Source of the DNA: an archaeon
GTDB lineage: Archaea; Iainarchaeota; Iainarchaeia; Iainarchaeales; 1-14-0-10-31-34
Direction: 5' to 3'
DNA: 32,000 nt
Assembly: GCA_024277355.1 (NCBI GenBank)
Contig: JAJRVL010000001.1
Span: 1-32,000 of the forward strand
Shown: positions 1-7,930 of the stretch, piece after piece
Numbering within the stretch: the stretch's first letter is position 1
How the letters are laid out: every line of letters begins with the position of its first letter
The notes under the pieces: generated by a model
Databases searched by the model: none
What the model saw: the letters and a program-made list of their open reading frames with translations, nothing else
What the model was told of the DNA's origin: nothing
Translations under genes and position numbers: made by a program

Positions 1-774
1 ACCAACACAGGACCAAGAAACACAACACAAAAAGACTTTACAGTAAGTATAACTCCAACAGAATTAGTTGATGAATTGCCTTTTGTTTTAACTGTTAGTT
101 CTGATGCAAATCCTTTGCAAAACACAAAAATTTCTTATGCAAACCAAACATACTTCACAAACACACAAGGAACAGTAACACTAAAAACAAACCAAAACTA
201 TCCAACAATAACCCTAACAAGAACAGGCTATAGAACTCAAACAATTTCATTAAACATTAAAACACAATACTGCGGAAACTCAATTTGTGAAGAAAATGAA
301 TCTTATGAAAACTGTTCTCAAGACTGCAGTCAAAACTTATTAGATTTAATTATTTCAACTCAAACACAAGAAAACTTGTTAATAATTACAATAACTGATT
401 TACAGGGAAATCCTATAGAAAATACACAAATAAAATATGGAACACAAACAAAAAACAGTAATGCAAAAGGAACAGCAGAATTTACTGAATTAGAAGGAAC
501 ACAAAAAATCAGCATTTCAAAACAAGGATATAAAACAAAGACTTTGAATTATAATTCAACTGCAGAATGCATTGAAGGAACAACACAAATTTGTGTTAGC
601 TCAGAAAACTGCGAAGGAACACAAACCTGCATTAATGGAAACTGGAGTTCCTGTGAAAACACAGAAAACTCCTGTCCAGCAACAAAAACAAACCCACTAA
701 CAACAACAATACTAGCAACAATACTAATAATAGGAATAATTATTTTGGTTATAACAAAAATGCAGACAAATTAA
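1..774 (+). CDS. Cell-surface protein, 5' end outside the window: two carboxypeptidase-regulatory-like beta-sandwich repeats, Cys-rich modules and a C-terminal TM anchor
   Basis: Frame 1 is open from nt 1, so the track's TTG at 76 is not the real start. Two internal repeats: NTKISYANQTYFTNTQGTVTLKT..TRTGYRTQTISL and NTQIKYGTQTKNSNAKGTAEFTEL..SKQGYKTKTLNY. Cys module CGNSICEENESYENCSQDC. Hydrophobic C-terminus LTTTILATILIIGIIILVI followed by a short polar end. Confidence 0.6.
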   Translation, partial: TNTGPRNTTQKDFTVSITPTELVDELPFVLTVSSDANPLQNTKISYANQTYFTNTQGTVTLKTNQNYPTITLTRTGYRTQTISLNIKTQYCGNSICEENESYENCSQDCSQNLLDLIISTQTQENLLIITITDLQGNPIENTQIKYGTQTKNSNAKGTAEFTELEGTQKISISKQGYKTKTLNYNSTAECIEGTTQICVSSENCEGTQTCINGNWSSCENTENSCPATKTNPLTTTILATILIIGIIILVITKMQTN

Positions 775-780
775 AGCATT

Positions 781-790
781 GCTTTTTAAA
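781..790 (+). promoter_or_regulatory. BRE/TATA-like promoter element GCTTTTTAAA upstream of the AMP phosphorylase gene
   Basis: The same CTTTTTAWW core recurs upstream of tbp, the 5S rRNA and the radical SAM operon. Its C lies 33 nt before ATG 815, the same spacing as between the 5S element and the 5S 5' end. This fits a leaderless transcript. Confidence 0.45.
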
Positions 791-814
791 TTATTAATTC
801 CTTTTTTTTAGCGT

Positions 815-2332
815 ATGAAGTATTCCAGAAAAATGAAAATAAAATTTATTGATATTGAAGCAGGCAAACTGATTTCAATTATCCATGAAAAAGACGCAAA
901 AGAATTAGGTATTTTTCCTTTAGACAGAATTGAATTAATTAACCCTAAAACAAAAAGAAAAATTATTACTGTTGCAGACATAACTGATTCAATAGTTAAA
1001 GAAAAAGAAATTGGATTGTTTAAAGATGTATCTAAAAGTTTAGGTTTAAAGAAAAAAACTGAAATTAATGTAACTCCTGTTTCTATTCCTGAAAGCGTTA
1101 AATTTATTAAGAAAAAAATGGATGGAAATTCATTAAATGAAAAAGAAATACAAAAAATTGTTGAAGACTTATCTAATAATCATTTATCCCAAATTGAAGC
1201 AAGTGCTTTTGTTTCAGCTGTTTATATAAATGGATTTAATTTGCAGGAAACAATTGCAATGACTAAAGCTTTAGTTGAAGGCGGAAAAAAATTAAATTTA
1301 AATAAAAAATTTGTTGTAGATAAACATTCAATTGGAGGAATAAATGGAAGAGCTACAATGATTATTGTGCCAATTGTTGCCTGTAATGAATTGTTTATTC
1401 CAAAAACTTCTTCAAGGAGCATTACTTCTGCCTCAGGAACAGCAGATTCAATGGAAGTATTAACTAAAGTTGAATTATCTCTTAAAAAAATAAAAAAAAT
1501 AACTCAAAAAATAGGAGGAGTAATTGCATGGGGCGGTTCACTTGAATTAGCTCCAGGTGACGACAAAATAATTGAAATTGAACATCCATTAAACTTAGAT
1601 CCTCCAGGGCAGGTTATTGCTTCAGTGATGGCAAAAAAAGTAAGTGTAGGAACAAAATATTTGGTTATTGATATTCCTGTAGGAGAACACACTAAAGTTA
1701 AAACAAAAGAAAATGCAGAAAACATTGCAAAAAAATTCCTTGAAGTATCAAAAGAAATGAAAATAAAAACTGAAGTACTGCTTACAGACGGAACAAAAGC
1801 AAACGGGCCTGCTTTTGGTGCAGCATTAGAAGCAAAACATGCAATGGAAATATTAGAAGGAAAAGTATTTGATAATTTAGCACAAAAATCCTGCCAGTTA
1901 GCAGGCGCTTTATTTGAATTAACAGGAAAAACAAAAAAGGGAAAAGGTTATGAAAAAGCAGTTGAATTACTTAAAAATGGAAAAGCCTTAAAGAAAATGC
2001 AGGAAATAATTAAAGCTCAAGGCGGAAAAATTATTTCATCAAAACAAATAAAATTAAGTTCAAAAAAAATTGAAATTAAAGCAAACAAAAGCGGAAAAAT
2101 TGAAAGAATTGATTTAACTGCATTAAAAGAAATAGCAAGAACTTCAGGGGCGCCGGCAGATAAAAAAGCAGGATTATTATTAAAAGTAGAAGAAGATGAC
2201 ATAATAAAAAAAGGCCAAATAGTATTTGAAATTCATGGAACAAATGAAAGAAAACTAAAAGTTGCAGAAGAAAAAGCAATAAAAAATAATCCAATTAAAT
2301 TAGGAAATGTAATAATAGAAAAAATTCAATGA
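815..2332 (+). CDS. deoA: AMP phosphorylase (archaeal thymidine-phosphorylase family enzyme)
   Basis: The N-terminal domain MKIKFIDIEAGKLISIIHEKDAKELGIFPLDRIEL is typical of archaeal AMP phosphorylases. Thymidine-phosphorylase core motifs are VDKHSIGG and TSSRSITSASGTAD. ATG 833 is an alternative start. Confidence 0.8.
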   Translation: MKYSRKMKIKFIDIEAGKLISIIHEKDAKELGIFPLDRIELINPKTKRKIITVADITDSIVKEKEIGLFKDVSKSLGLKKKTEINVTPVSIPESVKFIKKKMDGNSLNEKEIQKIVEDLSNNHLSQIEASAFVSAVYINGFNLQETIAMTKALVEGGKKLNLNKKFVVDKHSIGGINGRATMIIVPIVACNELFIPKTSSRSITSASGTADSMEVLTKVELSLKKIKKITQKIGGVIAWGGSLELAPGDDKIIEIEHPLNLDPPGQVIASVMAKKVSVGTKYLVIDIPVGEHTKVKTKENAENIAKKFLEVSKEMKIKTEVLLTDGTKANGPAFGAALEAKHAMEILEGKVFDNLAQKSCQLAGALFELTGKTKKGKGYEKAVELLKNGKALKKMQEIIKAQGGKIISSKQIKLSSKKIEIKANKSGKIERIDLTALKEIARTSGAPADKKAGLLLKVEEDDIIKKGQIVFEIHGTNERKLKVAEEKAIKNNPIKLGNVIIEKIQ

Positions 2333-2334
2333 AA

Positions 2335-3138
2335 TTATTTTGTTAAAAAAGAAAACAATTCAATGAAATCTTTTGTTTCCATTAAATAAATTTTTTCAGA
2401 AAAATCTGTTTTTACAGCATTCTTTTTTATTTTTTCTTTTATTTTTTTATTTAATTTCATTAAAGGAACTGCCTTACTTAAAGCAGAAACAAAAGTTCTG
2501 TTCCTGAATCTGAATAAAATTTTTACAAACTCAAAAAAATCTTTTTTGTTTTTTATTTTTGTTTTGTTTCTTTTAGTTAACTTAATTAAAAAGAAGTCTC
2601 CTGAAGTAGGAGGAAAAAAGAAATTTGGTTTAACTTCAGTTACTTCTTTTATTTCAAAAAAACAGTCAGTTAAAACTGAAAGAAAATTATATTCAACAAA
2701 ACCCGGTTCAGCTAAAACTTTTTCTGAAAAATCTTTATGCAAAAGCAAAACTATTAAATCAAAATCAAAAAAAAGAAGTTTAAAGAAAGTTTCAGAAGAA
2801 TCTTTTTGCGGAACAAAAGAAAAACATTTGTTTGAATTAATTTTTTTTGAAAAATCAAATAAAGGAATTAATTCAGCTTTAGTTAATTCATTTTTAATTA
2901 AAGGAATTAATTCTTTTCTTTTTTCATAAACTTTTAAGTTTGCTTTAATTAAAATTTTTCTTGCAGTAAAAAATTCTCCTGCAAAAACTTCAAAGACTTT
3001 ATCGGATTTCTTTAAGTTAAGCATTAAAAGAATTTCATTAATTAGTTTTTCTTTTATTATGAAATGAATTCCTGAACCTTTTTTTGGATAAAAACGGTGC
3101 TTTAAAATTAAATTATTTAATTCAAGAAACAAATTCAT
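2335..3138 (-). CDS. ksgA: KsgA/Dim1-like rRNA adenine dimethyltransferase homolog with degenerate SAM-binding and catalytic motifs
   Basis: End-to-end resemblance to KsgA: PKKGSGIHFII vs KxxGQNFL, LAEPGFVEYNFLSV vs AxPGxKxYGxLSV, and FRFRNRT in the C-terminal domain. It is the last gene of the conserved archaeal L21e-RpoF-DUF655-KsgA operon. Motif I reads EVFAGEFFTA and motif IV reads FVPQ. Confidence 0.65.
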   Translation of the reverse strand: MNLFLELNNLILKHRFYPKKGSGIHFIIKEKLINEILLMLNLKKSDKVFEVFAGEFFTARKILIKANLKVYEKRKELIPLIKNELTKAELIPLFDFSKKINSNKCFSFVPQKDSSETFFKLLFFDFDLIVLLLHKDFSEKVLAEPGFVEYNFLSVLTDCFFEIKEVTEVKPNFFFPPTSGDFFLIKLTKRNKTKIKNKKDFFEFVKILFRFRNRTFVSALSKAVPLMKLNKKIKEKIKKNAVKTDFSEKIYLMETKDFIELFSFLTK

Positions 3139-3143
3139 TTAAA

Positions 3144-3707
3144 TCAACGAAAGCTTCTTTCTTCTTTTGCAGGGGGTCTGACAAAAACATAATATTTCAG
3201 TTTATCATCTTCTAATTCCAGTATTACCCGTTTAACTATAAGTTTTGCCGGATCAGGCATTAAATTAACTCTTTCAGTTATTTCTTTAAATGACTCAAAA
3301 GGTTTTGTTTCTCTTTCTTTAAGCATTTCAAATAAATGTTTTTTTCCTAAGCCAGGCAGTAATTCTAATTGATGCATTCTTAAAGACAAAGAACCTGATT
3401 TATTAAAAAAATCAAGAAATTTACCTGAATTTTCTTTTACAATTAATTCAATTGCTTTTTCTATTTCTGAAACAGCAGTATTAGTTAATTCATCAAAAGA
3501 AACTCTTTTTTTAATAAACTGAATTTCATCTCTTTTATCTTTTCCAATATAAACTTTCTGCAAAACTTTAAGAGAATTAGAAGGAATAACTTCAAGTAAA
3601 GTAAAAAATTCAATTCCAAGAACTTGGGCTAAAGGTTCTGCTTTGAAGTTGCTGCTTTTGCCTGTAGGCAGATAATCCAAAACTATTGCATTTTCTTCGT
3701 TTGGCAT
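3144..3707 (-). CDS. DUF655/COG1491-family predicted nucleic-acid-binding protein (OB-fold plus helix-hairpin-helix)
   Basis: N-terminal AIVLDYLPTGK and C-terminal LELLPGLGKKHLFEMLKERE (HhH-like). It sits between rpoF and ksgA as in many archaea. Confidence 0.7.
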   Translation of the reverse strand: MPNEENAIVLDYLPTGKSSNFKAEPLAQVLGIEFFTLLEVIPSNSLKVLQKVYIGKDKRDEIQFIKKRVSFDELTNTAVSEIEKAIELIVKENSGKFLDFFNKSGSLSLRMHQLELLPGLGKKHLFEMLKERETKPFESFKEITERVNLMPDPAKLIVKRVILELEDDKLKYYVFVRPPAKEERSFR

Positions 3708-3748
3708 AATTTAACAACTCCATTTTAATCTACTTTACTTTTTTTTAT

Positions 3749-4111
3749 TCATTTACTTTTTTTTGTTTTTGATTCTGGTGTATAATATGATTTAATTGAT
3801 TTTAATATTTTTGCTATATCTTCATCTGAAATTTTAATGTTTTTTCCTATAACCAAAGATAAAATTTCTTCATTTTGAGGAAGCAAATCAACTATTTTAA
3901 TTGCTACTTCATTAGTCATGCCTTCAATTTTCTTTAATTCTTCCATTAATTTTTCTGTTTTAGTTCTTGGAAGTTTAGAAAATTTATCTGCATATTTTAA
4001 AGTTAAACTTTGTTCATAAGTTAATTCTCCTTCTTTGGCTAATTCCTTTAATAATTCTTTTACTTTAACCAAAGGAATCTGATTAACTGATAAAACTTTT
4101 TCATTCATCAT
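3749..4111 (-). CDS. rpoF: DNA-directed RNA polymerase subunit F (Rpo4/Rpb4 homolog)
   Basis: A 120-aa helical protein. It has a 4-nt ATGA overlap with the L21e gene and the conserved operon position. The C-terminal AIKIVDLLPQNEEILSLV resembles RpoF. Confidence 0.65.
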   Translation of the reverse strand: MMNEKVLSVNQIPLVKVKELLKELAKEGELTYEQSLTLKYADKFSKLPRTKTEKLMEELKKIEGMTNEVAIKIVDLLPQNEEILSLVIGKNIKISDEDIAKILKSIKSYYTPESKTKKSK

Positions 4112-4410
4112 TTTGCTTTCACCTGCATTTTTAATTCCTTTAAATGGGCTGGATGAACAATTAATTGTTTTGCTTTATTCCCATCCTTTAAATTAACAAC
4201 ATAACTTCTTCCTCTTTTTTCAGCAACTCTTCCAGTTTTACCTTGGAATCTTCTGAAAGGAATTCCTGCATGGATTCTTGAATTAATATGAATCTGAACA
4301 GTCTGTCCTTTATCTAACTCTGCAAGCATTTTGTTTACAGTAGTTCTTTCTTTTCTTTTAAGAGTATCTCTTTGTTTTGCTCTTTTTCCTTTTGCTTTCT
4401 TGTTTGGCAT
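4108..4410 (-). CDS. rpl21e: 50S ribosomal protein L21e
   Basis: Motifs RAKQRDTL...GQTVQIHINSRIHAGIPFRRFQGKTGRV...VHPAHLKEL. An AGGTGA Shine-Dalgarno site (4417-4422, minus strand) lies 6 nt upstream of the ATG. Confidence 0.85.
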   Translation of the reverse strand: MPNKKAKGKRAKQRDTLKRKERTTVNKMLAELDKGQTVQIHINSRIHAGIPFRRFQGKTGRVAEKRGRSYVVNLKDGNKAKQLIVHPAHLKELKMQVKAK

Positions 4411-4576
4411 AATATATCACCTAAAAATGTCTAAGTAAGTCTTACTAATAAATGAAAGATAACGTTTAAATAGGTAATTAAAAGCAGTATTTTTCCAGAA
4501 AAAAAACAAACAAAGCGTAAAAGAAAAAATTTAGATTTAGAATTCATTTTAAGTGCAAAGCCAAGCCCTTTCCACC

Positions 4577-4630
4577 CTTTTTAAATACCTTTTTAAAGGT
4601 TTAGTTAGCTTTTTATATAAGCTTTTTAAA
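4577..4630 (+). promoter_or_regulatory. Cluster of four CTTTTTAWA TATA-like elements upstream of tbp
   Basis: CTTTTTAAA at 4577-4585, 4589-4597 and 4622-4630; CTTTTTATA at 4609-4617. The last copy lies about 33 nt before a predicted TSS near 4655. GGGGG (4667-4671) is a likely SD for ATG 4680. Confidence 0.4.
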
Positions 4631-4679
4631 GGGGTTTAAACATAACCTTTAATCAAATTTTTTGTCGGGGGATTAAAAA

Positions 4680-5444
4680 ATGGAATATCAAATTGTTAAT
4701 TTAGTTGCTTCAGCAGCAATGAATGCTACTTTAGATTTATATAATTTAGCAGTAAGCGTACCAAATATAGAATATGAACCAGAACAATTTCCAGGAGCAA
4801 TATTAAAACTAAAAGAACCAAAAGTTTCAATGCTTTTATTCAAAAACGGAAAAGTAATTTGTTCAGGTGCTTCAAGCGAAAAAGAAATTGAATTAGGAAT
4901 AATTAAAGCATCAAAATTAATTCACGAAATTCAGCCTTCAGTTAAAGTACTAAAAAAAGTTAAATACACAGTAGTAAATTTAGTTGCAACAGCAAACTTG
5001 CACCAGCAATTGGATTTGTTTAATACTGCATTAAATTTAGATGACGTCGAATATGAACCAGAACAATTTCCAGGAGCAATATTAAGATTAAGTGACCCAA
5101 AAATTACTTTGCTTTTATTCAAAAACGGAAAAGTAATTTGTGCAGGAGCAAAACAAGAAGAAGACTTAAAAAAAGGATTAGAAAAAGCAGCAAAATTAGT
5201 CGGCAAAGTAAACAAAAAAGTAAAAAACCCAGCATTCTCTGACAGCTTACCTGCACCGCCAAATTTTAGTGAAATAAAATCAAAACCAGTTAAAGATAAA
5301 CCAAAAACAGTTTCAAAACCAAAGAAAACAATTAAAGCTAAACCAAAAACAGTCAAAAAAACTAAAGCAAAACCAGTAAAAAAAGTTAAATCAGTAAAGA
5401 AAAAACCAGTTAAAAAGAAAACTGTTAAGAAAAAGAAAAAATAA
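4680..5444 (+). CDS. tbp: TATA-box binding protein with a C-terminal lysine-rich extension
   Basis: Two TBP repeats: IVNLVASAAMNATLDL...EYEPEQFPGAILKL...LLFKNGKVICSGA and VVNLVATANLHQQLDL...EYEPEQFPGAILRL...LLFKNGKVICAGA. They are followed by about 75 aa of K/P/V-rich sequence (KPKTVSKPKKTIKAKPKTVKKTKAKPVKK...). Confidence 0.9.
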   Translation: MEYQIVNLVASAAMNATLDLYNLAVSVPNIEYEPEQFPGAILKLKEPKVSMLLFKNGKVICSGASSEKEIELGIIKASKLIHEIQPSVKVLKKVKYTVVNLVATANLHQQLDLFNTALNLDDVEYEPEQFPGAILRLSDPKITLLLFKNGKVICAGAKQEEDLKKGLEKAAKLVGKVNKKVKNPAFSDSLPAPPNFSEIKSKPVKDKPKTVSKPKKTIKAKPKTVKKTKAKPVKKVKSVKKKPVKKKTVKKKKK

Positions 5445-5457
5445 GGTCTTCAAAAGC

Positions 5458-5466
5458 CTTTTTATT
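5458..5466 (+). promoter_or_regulatory. TATA-like element CTTTTTATT for the 5S rRNA gene
   Basis: It begins 14 nt after the tbp stop codon, and its C lies 33 nt upstream of the predicted 5S 5' end. Confidence 0.45.
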
Positions 5467-5490
5467 TCTTTCTTTTCATAAAATAATACG

Positions 5491-5607
5491 ATTAGCGGTC
5501 ATAGCAGAAGGGAAACACCTGGACTCATTCCGAACCCAGAAGTTAAGCCTTCAAGCGATTTGGTTTGCACTGGATTTTTATTTGGAGCATCCATGACGCT
5601 GCTAATC
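5491..5607 (+). rRNA. rrf: 5S ribosomal RNA, stand-alone and not linked to 16S/23S in this window
   Basis: Conserved core GGTCATAGCAGAAGGGAAACACCTGGACTCATTCCGAACCCAGAAGTTAAGCC. The 5' ATTAGCGG pairs with the 3' GCTGCTAAT to form helix I. It is a GC-rich island in AT-rich DNA. Ends are approximate, +/- a few nt. Confidence 0.85.
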
Positions 5608-5621
5608 ACTTTTGATTCTAA

Positions 5622-5630
5622 TTTTTTTTT
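5622..5630 (+). terminator. Oligo-T tract (9 T) downstream of the 5S rRNA
   Basis: T4 at 5610-5613 and T9 at 5622-5630 directly follow the 5S 3' end. Archaeal RNA polymerase terminates at oligo-T. Confidence 0.5.
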
Positions 5631-5737
5631 AATTTAACAACTAATTATACTTATTAACAAAGTTGTAATTCAATTTTTCATCAGAAACTACAAAGACAAC
5701 TTTAATATATTAGTTTAATCTAATTAATTATGATTTT

Positions 5738-7927
5738 ATGATTTTAATAAAAAGAATATTACTCTTAAGTTTTGTTTTGTTGTTAGTTTTTGTTGGTTTT
5801 GCTTTAGCACGTCCTGAAATCAGCGGAGAACTTGAATTAGAACTTTTAAATAAAGGTATTAACGAACCTTTGCCAGCAGTAATTGTGTTGAATAAAGCAA
5901 TTGAACCTCATGAACTAAGAGTCCTAAAAGCAATTGGAATAGAAATAGATAAAACGTCTTACAGTGATGTTATTTTTGGAAATCTTTCATGGAAAATGCT
6001 TGAAAAACTAAAAGACAAAGAATATCTTTCGGCTATTGGTTCAGATTTTGAAATAAATGCATTAGCTAACGGAAAAACTGAAATTGGTTTTGATAAATTA
6101 CTTGAATTAAACATTACAAAAGAAGAAAACTTTGGAAAAAATATTACTGTTGCAGTTCTTGATTCAGGCATAAACAATAACAACAACTTAAATTTAATTC
6201 AGGAAATTGATTTTACAGGAGAAGGAGTAATAGATTCTCTTGGGCACGGAACAGTCATAGCTGAAGTAATTGGGTCAAATAATACTGTAAACAAAGGAAT
6301 TGCATTTAATTCTCAGATTATTAGTTTAAAAGTTTTAGATTCAACAGGAAAAGGAAGAGCCTCAAATGCCGTTAAAGCAATTGAATGGGCAATAAAAAAT
6401 AAAGTTAAAGTAGTAAATTTAGGTTTTGGAGGAATAATAAGCAACTGTGGAAATGACATTTTGTCAAAAGCAGTGAATAAAGCAGCAGAAAAAGGAATTT
6501 TAGTTATAGTTGCAGCAGGAAACCCGGAAATTGAAGGAATAATGAGTCCTGCTTGTGCAGAAAAAGCAATGGCTGTTGGTTCAATGACAGCTACAGCAAA
6601 AAATTTTCCTGACATAGTTGCTCCAAACCAAGAAATTTCAGGAACAAGCATTTCAAGTGCTTATGTTTCAGGAACAGCCGCATTATTGTTAAGTGCAAAA
6701 CCAGAAACAAGCAATAAAGAATTAAAAGAAATATTATTTGAAACAGCAGATGACATTAACCTTCCAATGGAATTTCAAGGTTTTGGAAAAATAAATGCAT
6801 TTAATGCATACATAAAATTAGTGGGGTTAACTATTGCTGACTTAAATATAGATTTAAATATTTTAGATAAAAATTTTCTTAAATCAAATAACTTTGAAAA
6901 ACTTTCAAGAGAAGAACAGAAAAAAATAGAAAAAATTTTAAATAAAAAAGACAAAACAGAAAAAAAAGAAAAAATAATAAGTAAATTACCTAAAATAAAA
7001 GAAAGCCCAGGAACACTCTTTTATGGAATTCAGAAGTTTTTGGAAGAAGTTGACTTGCTTTTAACTTTTGACGAAAAAACTAAAGCAGAAAAAAAATTAA
7101 AGTTAGCAAATTTGAGGTTAAGTGAATTAATAGAAATAGACAAAAAACAAGAAACTTCATTTAACAGACAGCTTTTTAAAGAATTTAAAGAAAACCTTAA
7201 CAAAGCATTAACAATTGCAGAAGACGTTTCTGAAATACAGGAAAACGTTGCAGAACAAGCAATTGAAAATATTGAATTAATTGAATTCATGGAATTAAAT
7301 GAAGAAACACAAGATGTCTCTGAAAAAGCTTTGAGTTTAGTTGATAGATTTGCAGCAACAAAACCAGAAAAAGCAGCTGAATTATATTTCAAGTTATCTG
7401 AAAAAATGCTTGAAAAACTTGAAGAAAAAGAAAATAAAGAATTAGCAGAAGACTATGAAAAAACAATTGCAAAAACCCAAAAAGCTGTTGAAAAAGCAAA
7501 AGATGAAGGAAAAAATGTAAAACAACTTGAACAAAAAATTAAAATAATGACTGAAAAAGAAATTGAAAAATTAACTGAAAAACACAAAAAAATTTTAGAA
7601 ATCAATGAAGAAATACAAAAAGCAATTGAAAAAACGAGAGAAGAAACAGAAAAAGAATCATTTAAAGAATTAGGTATAGAAATAGAAAAACAAAAGAAAT
7701 TAGTTGAAGAACAAGCAAGAATTGAATCAGAAAAAGATAACAGCAGTGGAACAGGAGATGGAAATGGTCAGAGCGGTGATGGAGACAGCAGTGACGGAGG
7801 AGATAATAGCGATTCTGAAGGAGACAGCGGAAATAGCAATGGAGATAATAGCGGACAAGGAAATAATGGCGATTCCGGAGGAGACAATGGAGACAGCGAG
7901 GACAATAGCGGACACGGAGGACAATAA
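5738..7927 (+). CDS. Secreted subtilisin-like (S8) serine protease fused to a DUF5667-like region, a long K/E coiled coil and an acidic G/D/S/N tail
   Basis: Signal-peptide-like N-terminus ILLLSFVLLLVFVGFALA. Catalytic triad context: VAVLDSGI (D), GHGTVIAEVI (H), AAGN, SGTSISSAYVSG (S). PGTLFYGIQKFLEEVDLLLTFDEKTKAEKKLKLANLRLSE resembles DUF5667. The tail is GDGNGQSGDGDSSDGGDNSDSEGDSGNSNGDNSGQGNNGDSGGDNGDSEDNSGHGGQ. Confidence 0.8.
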   Translation: MILIKRILLLSFVLLLVFVGFALARPEISGELELELLNKGINEPLPAVIVLNKAIEPHELRVLKAIGIEIDKTSYSDVIFGNLSWKMLEKLKDKEYLSAIGSDFEINALANGKTEIGFDKLLELNITKEENFGKNITVAVLDSGINNNNNLNLIQEIDFTGEGVIDSLGHGTVIAEVIGSNNTVNKGIAFNSQIISLKVLDSTGKGRASNAVKAIEWAIKNKVKVVNLGFGGIISNCGNDILSKAVNKAAEKGILVIVAAGNPEIEGIMSPACAEKAMAVGSMTATAKNFPDIVAPNQEISGTSISSAYVSGTAALLLSAKPETSNKELKEILFETADDINLPMEFQGFGKINAFNAYIKLVGLTIADLNIDLNILDKNFLKSNNFEKLSREEQKKIEKILNKKDKTEKKEKIISKLPKIKESPGTLFYGIQKFLEEVDLLLTFDEKTKAEKKLKLANLRLSELIEIDKKQETSFNRQLFKEFKENLNKALTIAEDVSEIQENVAEQAIENIELIEFMELNEETQDVSEKALSLVDRFAATKPEKAAELYFKLSEKMLEKLEEKENKELAEDYEKTIAKTQKAVEKAKDEGKNVKQLEQKIKIMTEKEIEKLTEKHKKILEINEEIQKAIEKTREETEKESFKELGIEIEKQKKLVEEQARIESEKDNSSGTGDGNGQSGDGDSSDGGDNSDSEGDSGNSNGDNSGQGNNGDSGGDNGDSEDNSGHGGQ

Positions 7928-7930
7928 AAA

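Noticed and set aside
2546-2929. 127-aa K/S-rich ORF antisense to the KsgA-like gene.
   Set aside because: The minus-strand ORF is colinear with KsgA over its full length and sits in the conserved operon. The + strand ORF is a poly-K/S mirror of F/L-rich codons.
4931-5356. 141-aa ORF antisense to tbp.
   Set aside because: It overlaps the second TBP repeat and the lysine tail. It is explained by the lack of stops opposite AAA/AAG-rich sequence and has no independent support.
5280-5441. Repetitive AAACCAAAAACAGT / AAAAAAGTTAAA-type DNA at the tbp 3' end, considered as a possible non-coding repeat or mobile remnant.
   Set aside because: It is in frame with tbp, encodes a coherent KPKxV(K) periodic tail and ends at a normal stop. 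No terminal inverted repeats or target duplications are visible.
5560-5600. AT-rich stretch (TGGATTTTTATTTGGA) inside the 5S rRNA, considered as a sign of a pseudogene or an insertion.
   Set aside because: Helix I pairs well and the loop A/helix II-III/loop C region is highly conserved. The gene also has its own TATA-like element and oligo-T terminator. AT-enrichment of the helix IV/V arm fits the genome composition.
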